A stretch of DNA of 48,092 nucleotides from a virus, in IMG/VR virus record IMGVR_UViG_3300050500_000285; one strand, given 5' to 3'. Under the pieces are notes generated by a model. That model was not told the origin of the DNA, did no database searches, and was given only the letters and a program-made list of their open reading frames with translations. Numbering within the stretch: position 1 is the stretch's first letter; each line of letters opens with the position of its first letter. Below, one piece after another: positions 32,092 through 39,514 of the stretch. The position numbers and the translations under genes were made by a program.

Positions 32092-32410
32092 GCGTGGCGC
32101 GCGCTGACTCGCGCTCAGAGTCCGGCCCGTGACCCAGCAGCACAGACTATAAGCGTGAGGGCTGGGCACCGGAAACGACAGCCGGTAGTGGGGTGGGAAT
32201 CCCCCGGATAACGCGGTCGTGACAGCCGGGAGAGACCGGCACTGAGGGAGGACGGGCCGTCCCAAACAGGTCCTGGGGTGGCACGCGACCGGATTCGCGG
32301 CTGGTAGAACGACGGCCAAACACTGCCCAAACCACCCGTGGGGTGCCTAAAAGCAGAAGTCGTGACAGCTCGGAGAGACGGCAATCTGACCTTATAAAAC
32401 AAGTGCCGCT
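32092..32410 (+). ncRNA. Candidate structured non-coding RNA or long structured 3'UTR with two homologous modules
   Basis: No credible ORF exists on either strand. The core GTCGTGACAGC..GGAGAGAC.GGCA is duplicated at 32216..32241 and 32359..32383 (23 of 26 positions identical). GTGGGGTG motifs lie at 32188 and 32338. There are several GC hairpins, and an intrinsic terminator follows immediately. Confidence 0.4.
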
Positions 32411-32440
32411 GGCAGACCGGTTGAATAGTCTGCCGCTTTT
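32411..32440 (+). terminator. Rho-independent terminator candidate
   Basis: GGCAGAC (32411..32417) pairs with GTCTGCC (32428..32434) around a 10-nt loop, followed by GCTTTTC. Confidence 0.5.
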
Positions 32441-32467
32441 CGCGCGCGAGCGCATGGATGGTGCTAG

Positions 32468-32731
32468 ATGGCCAAATACAGGAAAAAGCCGGTCGTGATC
32501 GAAGCGGTTCAGTACACTGGCGAAAACACTGGAGAACTGCTTGGGTTCGCGCCCGACCACGTTCGCGTTATCTTCAACAACGACGATCCGTGTGGCATCG
32601 ACGTCAGAACGCCCAACGGGGTGGTCGGCGTGAATGTCGGCGACTGGATCATGCGAGGCACAACCCCGGGCGACTACTACCCGTGTCCAGCCGAGACGTT
32701 CGCAGAGACATACGAGCGCGTCTCGGAGTGA
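32468..32731 (+). CDS. Small conserved phage protein (87 aa)
   Basis: The sequence MAKYRKKPVVIEAVQYTG...GDWIMRG..PGDYYPCPAETFAETYERV recalls the N4 gp49 / Sf6 gp66-type small protein family. That is from memory and is not verified. Confidence 0.6.
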   Translation: MAKYRKKPVVIEAVQYTGENTGELLGFAPDHVRVIFNNDDPCGIDVRTPNGVVGVNVGDWIMRGTTPGDYYPCPAETFAETYERVSE

Positions 32732-32763
32732 TTTTGCGCGAGAGCGCAGGAATGAGGAGCGAG

Positions 32764-32970
32764 ATGGCCAAAGCGAAGATCGATATCGACGTCAACGTGA
32801 GAGGGCAGTTCACCAGCGCAAGCCGCATCGTGCGCGAGCTGTCGAAGTACAGCGAGTCACAGCGCAAGCGCATTATGGAGGTCGTGGCGGAGGCGAACTA
32901 CGACATGCCGAAGCCTGCGGCGGCATCGGAGCCTGAGCTGCCGATGTCCGAGCCGGATGCCCTTGGGTGA
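32764..32970 (+). CDS. Hypothetical protein (68 aa)
   Basis: GAGGAG lies 5 nt upstream of ATG 32764, with ATG 32752 as an alternative. Confidence 0.55.
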   Translation: MAKAKIDIDVNVRGQFTSASRIVRELSKYSESQRKRIMEVVAEANYDMPKPAAASEPELPMSEPDALG

Positions 32971-33341
32971 ATCTAACCGTCTCCATCGACGGCCTGCGCA
33001 CCCGTAATCAGCTCAACACGCGTCGTCACTGGCGCGTGGACCAGGCTGAACGCGCAGCCGTCAGGGAGGCCGTTGGATACGCGCTCTTGGGCGCCAACTG
33101 GAGAGCGCTGGCTAAGCCTAGCGAGACCGCGCCGTGGTCGGTGACGCTCACCAGGCTTGGGCCGCGCGAGATGGACGACGACGGCGTGGTGAGCGCTCTC
33201 AAGAGCGTTCGAGACGCTTTCGCCGCCTTCGTTGGCGTTGATGACCGCCTGAGGCGCGTCGTCCGCTACCACTACGGGCAGGAGTTCCCGAAGCCATTCG
33301 GCGTTCGAATCGACGTTGTGCTACAATCGCCCGATCCCTAG
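32967..33341 (+). CDS. RusA-like Holliday-junction resolvase candidate (124 aa)
   Basis: GTGA overlap start. It shows the pattern ...NQLNTRRHWR...REMDDDGVVSALKSVRDAFAAFVGVDDRL, an acidic D-D-D...K...D...DD arrangement like RusA. Confidence 0.5.
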   Translation: MNLTVSIDGLRTRNQLNTRRHWRVDQAERAAVREAVGYALLGANWRALAKPSETAPWSVTLTRLGPREMDDDGVVSALKSVRDAFAAFVGVDDRLRRVVRYHYGQEFPKPFGVRIDVVLQSPDP

Positions 33342-33385
33342 CCAGCGGCGCGCTCCGTGCTTATCGCTGGCACAGGAGCACGACC

Positions 33386-33568
33386 ATGGGCACGCACCAC
33401 ACGACCACACTGCGAGGCCTCGACGCGCTGCAAATCGCGCTGCGCGACCCGGCTACGCCCATCTTCCGGACGCGCTTCGGCAAGCTCGAGCGCATCGAAC
33501 TGCACGACGCAGCCGCCCTGGCAGCCAGGGAGCGCCACAGCGAATTGCTGGTCGAGCTGCCTGCATAG
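33386..33568 (+). CDS. Hypothetical protein (60 aa)
   Basis: An ATG-initiated ORF with a GC-rich third position. It is the last gene before the AT-richer island. Confidence 0.45.
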   Translation: MGTHHTTTLRGLDALQIALRDPATPIFRTRFGKLERIELHDAAALAARERHSELLVELPA

Positions 33569-33653
33569 CCTGTTTTGGACCGATCGCCAAACCACCATCA
33601 AATCAACTCAAGTAGTTGATATTGCATGGTTTTGTGCGATCGGCTCGGCGTGG

Positions 33654-33671
33654 TGCGTAAACCTTTACGCA
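33654..33671. promoter_or_regulatory. Palindromic site 1: TGCGTAAA-CC-TTTACGCA
   Basis: Read directly from the sequence. It is identical to the core of site 2. Confidence 0.7.
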
Positions 33672-33685
33672 GCCAATGTTGGCTA

Positions 33686-33704
33686 ATATCAGGTTACCTG
33701 ATAT
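33686..33704. promoter_or_regulatory. 19-bp palindrome ATATCAGGT-T-ACCTGATAT
   Basis: Read directly from the sequence. It lies between sites 1 and 2, and TACCTGA recurs at 33706..33712. Confidence 0.6.
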
Positions 33705-33748
33705 CTACCTGACACCGTGAAATATCCTGGCAATCCACCTCACAAATA

Positions 33749-33770
33749 GGTGCGTAAACCTTTACGCACC
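33749..33770. promoter_or_regulatory. Palindromic site 2: GGTGCGTAAA-CC-TTTACGCACC (10-bp arms)
   Basis: Read directly from the sequence. Confidence 0.7.
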
Positions 33771-33795
33771 ACCTCCTGCTACACGGTGTTTTTGG

Positions 33796-33813
33796 TGCGT
33801 AAAAACTTATGCA
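33796..33813. promoter_or_regulatory. Palindromic site 3 (degenerate): TGCGTAAA-AA-CTTATGCA, abutting TTGACA
   Basis: Read directly from the sequence. The left arm is identical to sites 1 and 2, and the right arm matches at 6 of 8 positions. TTGACA follows at 33814..33819. Confidence 0.55.
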
Positions 33814-34017
33814 TTGACACGCCTATTTTCAGTGTGGCTGTCTCGCGCGCGTCGTCTCGGTTGTAGCCGGATGCCGCGCCAAGCAGGTCTAGCCGGCCGT
33901 GCAGTCCAGTGCGTCTCTGGGGTTGAGCAGCCTTCGGGCGGTGCAGGAAGCGGCTGGGGACGGCGGTGTGTCGAACGGGCGTCCTGAGCGGATGCTATTG
34001 CAGCCAGGCGGTCGGCG

Positions 34018-34626
34018 GTGCACGATGGCGCTGTGACCGAGGCGATTCTAGACGCGTGGGACGAGCCAGCGGACGCGAAGACGACGAGCTGCGCGTACTG
34101 CGGCGGAGAGCACCGATCGCAGAACTGTCCAGGGCGCTACGAAGCCAAGAACCATCCGCATCACCAGCTGCTCCATGCGCCGGTCGAAGTCATCGAGGCC
34201 CCGCAAGCGCACTGCGCGACCGTTTCACGTGAAACAGTCAGCCAGGCGCTGGCCGCTCGGATTGGCGAGTCGCAGGAGGACAAGCTCGCGGCGCTCGAGG
34301 ACAAGATTTACTCGAGCAATCTGCGCATAGTGGACGACATGACCTATTGGGCGGACATCGACCCGGCCATCGAAGAGCCGCCCGAGGCGTGGGTGCGCGA
34401 GCTCGGCGCCGAGGACGCGCACAGGCGGCTCAGGGTGGCTCGCGCAAGCATGATGTCGCTCAAGGATGCGCCCATCGGCATCAGCGCTGCCAAGAGCATC
34501 GTGAGCAGCCTGGCGAAGGCGCGTGCGGTGCGCGACGCCGGGCGGAGCGGGATGCAGCTCAATGTGCTGGCGGTGTTCCCGACTCAGGTGCAGGTGTACG
34601 AGGAGCTGGTGGTGCGCGATGAGTGA
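34018..34626 (+). CDS. Hypothetical protein with a CCHC zinc-knuckle-like motif (202 aa); weak small-terminase candidate by position
   Basis: GTG start, with a second GTG at 34033 as an alternative. It contains CAYCGGEHRSQNC (C-x2-C-x3-H-x4-C). It is the first gene after the palindrome island and lies two genes upstream of terL. Confidence 0.5.
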   Translation: MHDGAVTEAILDAWDEPADAKTTSCAYCGGEHRSQNCPGRYEAKNHPHHQLLHAPVEVIEAPQAHCATVSRETVSQALAARIGESQEDKLAALEDKIYSSNLRIVDDMTYWADIDPAIEEPPEAWVRELGAEDAHRRLRVARASMMSLKDAPIGISAAKSIVSSLAKARAVRDAGRSGMQLNVLAVFPTQVQVYEELVVRDE

Positions 34627-35047
34627 GAACGGCGACCGGCGCGAGCTCCCCGCCAACTACGACCCGCCTCCGGAGCAGCGCGAGCTGGTGCGTAGCGCGC
34701 GCACGGGAGAGCTCGGGTGGTTGGTGCGGCGCAGCGGCTCGTCCATGGTGAAGCTCGACCGGCCGAACCAGGACATCGAGATTCGTTACGTGGCCGGCGA
34801 CTGGCTGCCAGAGGTGCCTCAGCGCCCGCTTGCGCGCCAGCAGCTCGCCCGCGTGGCCTTCGAGGCGGACCGCGAGCTGTGCCGCTCCCTGGGCGCCTAC
34901 GCGCACGGGATGCGCACCTGGCAGCGCATGGACGAGCACCAGCGCAAGGTCTGGGCGGAGAAGGGCCCCGACTCGCCGCCGGCCAGGGTGACGCTCTACA
35001 AGGCCATCATGAGCGGGCTCGAGCCGTACACCAGGAACGTGCCGTGA
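34619..35047 (+). CDS. Hypothetical protein (142 aa)
   Basis: The ATG at 34619 overlaps the upstream gene by 8 nt. Confidence 0.6.
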   Translation: MSENGDRRELPANYDPPPEQRELVRSARTGELGWLVRRSGSSMVKLDRPNQDIEIRYVAGDWLPEVPQRPLARQQLARVAFEADRELCRSLGAYAHGMRTWQRMDEHQRKVWAEKGPDSPPARVTLYKAIMSGLEPYTRNVP

Positions 35048-35475
35048 CCATCACCCGGCGCGTCTCCAAGCGTCCCATCGAGCAAGAGCGCCTGTTGCAG
35101 GCGGTCAACAAGGAAATCGTACCGGCCGTCATCGAGCTGATCGAAGAGGCGAACGAGGCGGACGTCGACGTGGCCGCGCTGGACGTACGAGTTGAAGCGC
35201 TCGAGGTGATTGGCGTGGCGCATGAGGCGCGCATCGACACGCTCGAAGAGCCGCCGTTCGAGGCCGACTTCGGCGACGGCGTGGCCACCACGTTCGACTT
35301 CGCGCACAACTTCAACACATACGCGGTGCGCGCGGTGATTTGGGACAACGCGACGCGCACGGTGCAAGCGCTGGCCACGGAGTCGATGCTGACCCTGAAC
35401 ACGTACCGCGTGGTCCTGGGAGCTCCGCCCGCCGCGAGCGCGCTCCACGTCGCCATTGGTAGGCTGCGCGGGTGA
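35044..35475 (+). CDS. Hypothetical protein (143 aa): N-terminal coiled coil plus a beta-rich C-terminal domain
   Basis: GTGA overlaps at both ends. The C-terminal part FEADFGDGVATTFDFAHNFNTYAVRAVIWDNATRTVQ looks Ig-like or fibre-like rather than like a small terminase. Confidence 0.55.
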   Translation: MTITRRVSKRPIEQERLLQAVNKEIVPAVIELIEEANEADVDVAALDVRVEALEVIGVAHEARIDTLEEPPFEADFGDGVATTFDFAHNFNTYAVRAVIWDNATRTVQALATESMLTLNTYRVVLGAPPAASALHVAIGRLRG

Positions 35476-37025
35476 GCGCGCCAGGCAACATCTACGGCGT
35501 CGAGAACGACCTGCAGGAGGCGGCGAGCTACATCTACAAGCCGAGCAAGTGGCAAACCGAGTACCACACGTGCCCGGCGGATTTTCTGCTCGGCGCAGGC
35601 GCCGCCGGAGTTGGCAAGACCCTGTGCCTCATCATGGATCCGATGAAGCAGGTAATCGTAGAGCACCAGCGTTGCAGCGACCGCGCGCATCCGTACCCGA
35701 TTCGCTGGGGCCGCAGTACCGGCTGGGCGCTTCACCTGCGTCGCGAGCTGCAGCAACTGCAGCAGACCATCGACACCACGCAGCGCATTTATCCGGAGAT
35801 AGATCGCAAAGCCGATTTCTCTGTGAAGTCGAACACGTGGACGTTTGCTAGCGGATACAAGATTCAGTTTGGCCACTGCAAGGACAGCAACGACCACGAG
35901 CAATACCTGTCAAGCGCGTACACGCACCTGGGCCCGGATGAGCTGACCCAGTTTGAAAAGAAGCAGATAGACGGCCTGCGCTCGCGCGTGCGATCGACAG
36001 ACCCTGTTCTGCGACCGATGCGCTGCACGCGCTCGATGAGCAACCCTGGCAAGTCGCCAGGCGCAGACCCGGACTGGGTGCGCAAGATGTTCATCGACCC
36101 GCATCCGGCTGGCCGCAAGATGCTCGTGCGCATGGGCACGCGCCGCGACGGCACGCGCTTCCGGCGCACGCATATGTACCTGCCAGGCAGGCTGAGCGAC
36201 AACCCAAACCGGGAGTACGCGTCCGACTACGAGGCGAGCCTGCTCGACCTGCCAGAGCATATCATTCGCGCCTACCTAGACGGCGATTGGTACTACCAAG
36301 TTGGCGCGTTCTTCGGCAGCGTGTGGGACTCGCGCATCCACGTGGTGCGTCCGTTCCGCATCCCGAGCCACTGGCGCGTGTTCCGCTCGTGCGACTGGGG
36401 CTTTCGGATGCCCGGCTGCATCCACTGGTGGGCCATCGACGACGACGGCGGCCTCATCGCGTTCGAGGAGCTCAAGTTCAAGGAGTTGACCGATGAGCAG
36501 GTGGCGCAACGGGTGAAGAGCATTGAGATTCGGCACGGGCTATGGGACAAGCGAGCTAACAAGAGCATGATTTCGGGCCCGGCAGACACCCAGCTTTGGG
36601 AGCAGCGCGGCGACAGCGCCAAGCGCAAGGTCGACGTATTCCAGGAGAACGGCATCATCTGGCACCAGGCCGACAAGTCGCCGGGAAGCCGCGCGCACCA
36701 CGCGCAGCGCATGACGAAGCTGCTCAAGAGCCACCAGGGCGGGACGCGGCTCCCCGGGCTGATGTTCATGTCGAACTGCGTCTACGCGACCACGACCATT
36801 CCCCAGCTGCTGGTTGACCCGGACAAGCCGGAGGAGTGGCTGAAGAGCGACGACGACCACGCCGCCGACTCCGTGGCGTATGCCACGGCCTGGGCATCCA
36901 CCGGCAATGCTGGCGACGTGGCGCGCGGAGACAGGGCCGCCGCCGATGAGCTGGACAAGGTTTTTGACGAGCCGAAGAGTTCGGGCGTGACGTCCGGCAA
37001 GGGCGCTTACGGGATCTACGTATAG
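35472..37025 (+). CDS. terL: Terminase large subunit (517 aa)
   Basis: It has a Walker A motif (GAGAAGVGKT), the right size, and sits directly upstream of the portal gene. The C-terminal half fits a nuclease domain (acidic residues, DDHAADS). Confidence 0.8.
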   Translation: MSAPGNIYGVENDLQEAASYIYKPSKWQTEYHTCPADFLLGAGAAGVGKTLCLIMDPMKQVIVEHQRCSDRAHPYPIRWGRSTGWALHLRRELQQLQQTIDTTQRIYPEIDRKADFSVKSNTWTFASGYKIQFGHCKDSNDHEQYLSSAYTHLGPDELTQFEKKQIDGLRSRVRSTDPVLRPMRCTRSMSNPGKSPGADPDWVRKMFIDPHPAGRKMLVRMGTRRDGTRFRRTHMYLPGRLSDNPNREYASDYEASLLDLPEHIIRAYLDGDWYYQVGAFFGSVWDSRIHVVRPFRIPSHWRVFRSCDWGFRMPGCIHWWAIDDDGGLIAFEELKFKELTDEQVAQRVKSIEIRHGLWDKRANKSMISGPADTQLWEQRGDSAKRKVDVFQENGIIWHQADKSPGSRAHHAQRMTKLLKSHQGGTRLPGLMFMSNCVYATTTIPQLLVDPDKPEEWLKSDDDHAADSVAYATAWASTGNAGDVARGDRAAADELDKVFDEPKSSGVTSGKGAYGIYV

Positions 37026-37033
37026 GGGTGGCT

Positions 37034-39277
37034 ATGGCGAAGATTGACATCGAGGTAGAGCCGCCCGAGGAGGAGCTCGTACCGGTCGAGGACGAAGAGC
37101 AGGAGGACGATGCGGACGAAGAGCAGGAGGACGATGCGGACGCAGCGCAAAAGCGCGTCACATACGACCTCAACGCGCCGAACATGGTTCCGCAAATGAT
37201 GCGCACGAAGGCCGGCCAGGAGGCTGTGCGCAAGATCGGCACCAGCGTCTACGACGAGGTCAACGACGCTTGGAACGCGTCCGAGAAGTACCGCAAGAAC
37301 GCTCGCGACCAGTGGCGAATGTTCGCCGGTGACCTGCCCGAGAAGAAAGCGCCGTTCAAGGACTGCGCGAACATGCACGTGCCGCAGGTGCTCGAGGATG
37401 TATCGCGGCTCTACATGCGCATGTACGTGGAGGTTGTTGGAGACGGCGGCGACTTCTTCTCGGTGCTGCCGGTGGGCCCCGACGACAAAGACGTGGCCGA
37501 GCTGCTCACGCGCCACGGAAACCACCAGCTGCGCACCGAGCTCATCGACCTTCCGGCGCAGCTCGAGCGGGCCGCCCTGTTCTTCATCATCCCCGGCGAC
37601 GTCACGTCGCACTCGTACTACGACGCCCATCGGCGGCTGAACCGGCACGAGATTCTGACGCCGGACGACGTCATCGTGCCGTACATGTACACGACGACGA
37701 CGCCCGACTACTCCGATTGTCCATGGGTCGCGAAGTGGTTGCGCCTGTACCGATATGAGCTGCAACGCTACCGCGGCAACTGGCACGAAGTCGATACGGT
37801 GCTGGCGAAGAAGCCGTCGTTCGATGAGGACGAAATCACGCATCCGATGGCGGAGGCGCAGAAGAAGCTCGACGGCGACGAGCCGGGGCCGGACCAGAGG
37901 GCGCCGCACAAGTTCGTGCATTACGAGGGCTGGATTGAGCTGCCGGACCAGCCAAACGAGATGTACTGCAAGGTCATCATCGAGTGGCAGACGAAGAAAG
38001 TGATGTCGCTGACGCTGCACATGGAGGACGACTGGAAGGACCGGGCGCGCTTCGACAAGCAGTCGCGCGAACTCGAGGCATACCGCGCCGGCATGGCGGC
38101 GTTTCAGCAGGCGCTCACGCTGCCGCAGCCGATGGCGGACCCCATGACGGGCATGGCGATGCCTACCACGCCACCGCCGGAGCCTCCCCCGCCGCCTTCG
38201 TGGGCGGACGACCCCGTCTCGCTCATGGACGAGTCTTTCGACGTCGAGCCGACCAGGCAGGTTCCGATTCACATGTTCGGGCACGGCAAGGGCATCGAGC
38301 CGCCAGCGGGGCCGCGCGGGATGGGAACCGGCCGCGTACTCACCGACCTGAACCTGGCATCGAACGTGATGGTGAATCAGTTCGTAGACCAGGGCACGGT
38401 GGCCAACTCCTGGGGAGGCCTGTACGCGGGCGGCTCGACGCAGGCGAAGGACATCAAGGTTCAGCCCGGCATGTTCACGTGCGTGCCCGGCATCCGCCCC
38501 GGCGAGCTCAAGGATGCGTTCTTGGAGATGCGTCCGTCGCAGGCCAACCCGCAGCTGTTCGACATGGTGCGATTCACGCGCGAGCTGAGCTCGGCTGCGG
38601 CGAGTGCTCCCGGCATTCTGTCCGGCGAGTCCGGGAAGAGCGGCGAGACGTACCGCGGATTTCAGGGCCGGCTGGAGCAGGCTACCAAGCAGGCCAGCTT
38701 CATCACGGGCAAGTACGCGAAGCTCGTGGAGCGCATCATCGTCAACAACGGCAGGCTCAACGCGAAGTTCCTGCCGGAGGATGAGATCGCGCTCGTGAAC
38801 AACCACAAGCTCGGCACCTCCCAGGAGATTCGCATCGGCAGGCGCCTGTACGAGCGCGACTACCGCGTGTACATGAAGACCGACCTGCGGTTCGCCTCGC
38901 AAGCGGCGCGCATCCAGGAGGCGGACCAGCTGTTCGCGATGGTGACGACGCCGAACCCGACCATCCCGCCGAACCCGGCGCTGGTCCAGGCGGCGTTCAA
39001 GGAGGTGTTCATCTCGCGCGGCAAGGACGAGCTGGTTCCGCTGCTGGGTCCGCCCATCCCGCCCCCGCCGACCGGCCTCAACATCCCGCAGGCGCCCCCG
39101 CCGATGGTGGACCCGGCGACGGGCCTGCCGATGCCACAGCCGCCCCCTGGAGCGCCCGTGGCCGGCGGGGCTCCGCCACAGCCACAGCCGGCCCAGCAGC
39201 CGCAACCAGCTCGTCCCCCTGCGCCACCCACCAACGGCACTTCCAGCGGCACGCCGTCGCCAGGGCCGGGGGTGTAG
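37034..39277 (+). CDS. Portal protein (747 aa) with an acidic repeat at the N-terminus and a Pro-rich C-terminal tail
   Basis: It lies immediately downstream of terL and has a suitable size. ATG at 37034, with the track GTG at 37028 as an alternative. The long antisense ORF 37016..39685 is an Arg-rich shadow. Confidence 0.7.
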   Translation: MAKIDIEVEPPEEELVPVEDEEQEDDADEEQEDDADAAQKRVTYDLNAPNMVPQMMRTKAGQEAVRKIGTSVYDEVNDAWNASEKYRKNARDQWRMFAGDLPEKKAPFKDCANMHVPQVLEDVSRLYMRMYVEVVGDGGDFFSVLPVGPDDKDVAELLTRHGNHQLRTELIDLPAQLERAALFFIIPGDVTSHSYYDAHRRLNRHEILTPDDVIVPYMYTTTTPDYSDCPWVAKWLRLYRYELQRYRGNWHEVDTVLAKKPSFDEDEITHPMAEAQKKLDGDEPGPDQRAPHKFVHYEGWIELPDQPNEMYCKVIIEWQTKKVMSLTLHMEDDWKDRARFDKQSRELEAYRAGMAAFQQALTLPQPMADPMTGMAMPTTPPPEPPPPPSWADDPVSLMDESFDVEPTRQVPIHMFGHGKGIEPPAGPRGMGTGRVLTDLNLASNVMVNQFVDQGTVANSWGGLYAGGSTQAKDIKVQPGMFTCVPGIRPGELKDAFLEMRPSQANPQLFDMVRFTRELSSAAASAPGILSGESGKSGETYRGFQGRLEQATKQASFITGKYAKLVERIIVNNGRLNAKFLPEDEIALVNNHKLGTSQEIRIGRRLYERDYRVYMKTDLRFASQAARIQEADQLFAMVTTPNPTIPPNPALVQAAFKEVFISRGKDELVPLLGPPIPPPPTGLNIPQAPPPMVDPATGLPMPQPPPGAPVAGGAPPQPQPAQQPQPARPPAPPTNGTSSGTPSPGPGV
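37091..37138 (+). repeat. Perfect 24-bp tandem duplication (GACGAAGAGCAGGAGGACGATGCG x2) inside the portal gene
   Basis: Read directly from the sequence. It encodes DEEQEDDA twice. Confidence 0.9.
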
Positions 39278-39280
39278 GCC

Positions 39281-39493
39281 ATGTCCGATGGCGACGAGAT
39301 TGCCAGGGCCGAGATGGCGGAGTGGTTGGCGATGCGCCCGGCCGCGGAGATGCGCGAAGACCTGCGCACAGCCGTCTCGGTCGCGAATGGCTCGCTCGAG
39401 GTTGCGTGCGAGCGAACGACAGACCCGATCGTGCGCGGCGCGTACGAGAATCTTCGAGTTTTGAGAGAGATGTTGCGGCGACTCAGCGAGTAG
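39281..39493 (+). CDS. Hypothetical protein (70 aa)
   Basis: ATG lies 3 nt after the portal stop. Confidence 0.6.
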   Translation: MSDGDEIARAEMAEWLAMRPAAEMREDLRTAVSVANGSLEVACERTTDPIVRGAYENLRVLREMLRRLSE

Positions 39494-39514
39494 CCGGTCG
39501 AAGGGAGCAAGAGA

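Noticed and set aside
32188-32210. A tRNA/tmRNA T-arm-like element GGGG-TGGGAAT-CCCC, which might mark a tRNA gene or a tRNA-derived attP core.
   Set aside because: The loop lacks the near-invariant T-T-C (T-psi-C) positions, no acceptor, D or anticodon arms can be drawn around it, and no integrase is present.
32216-32241. Resemblance of AGCCGGGAGAGACCGGC to the cobalamin B12-box or to the ykkC/guanidine CCCGGGAGAG element.
   Set aside because: I could not find the other conserved elements of those riboswitches (for example GCCACTG and the GGGAA...GGTG core for B12). The element is also located after a gene rather than before one. A covariance-model search would be needed to revisit this.
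32216-32383. The two ~26-nt repeats considered as a mini-CRISPR array or solitary CRISPR-repeat decoys.
   Set aside because: There are only two copies, spaced 143 nt start to start rather than about 60 to 70 nt. The copies are imperfect, no cas genes are present, and the repeat does not resemble any repeat class I can recall. It is kept as a generic structured-RNA candidate instead.
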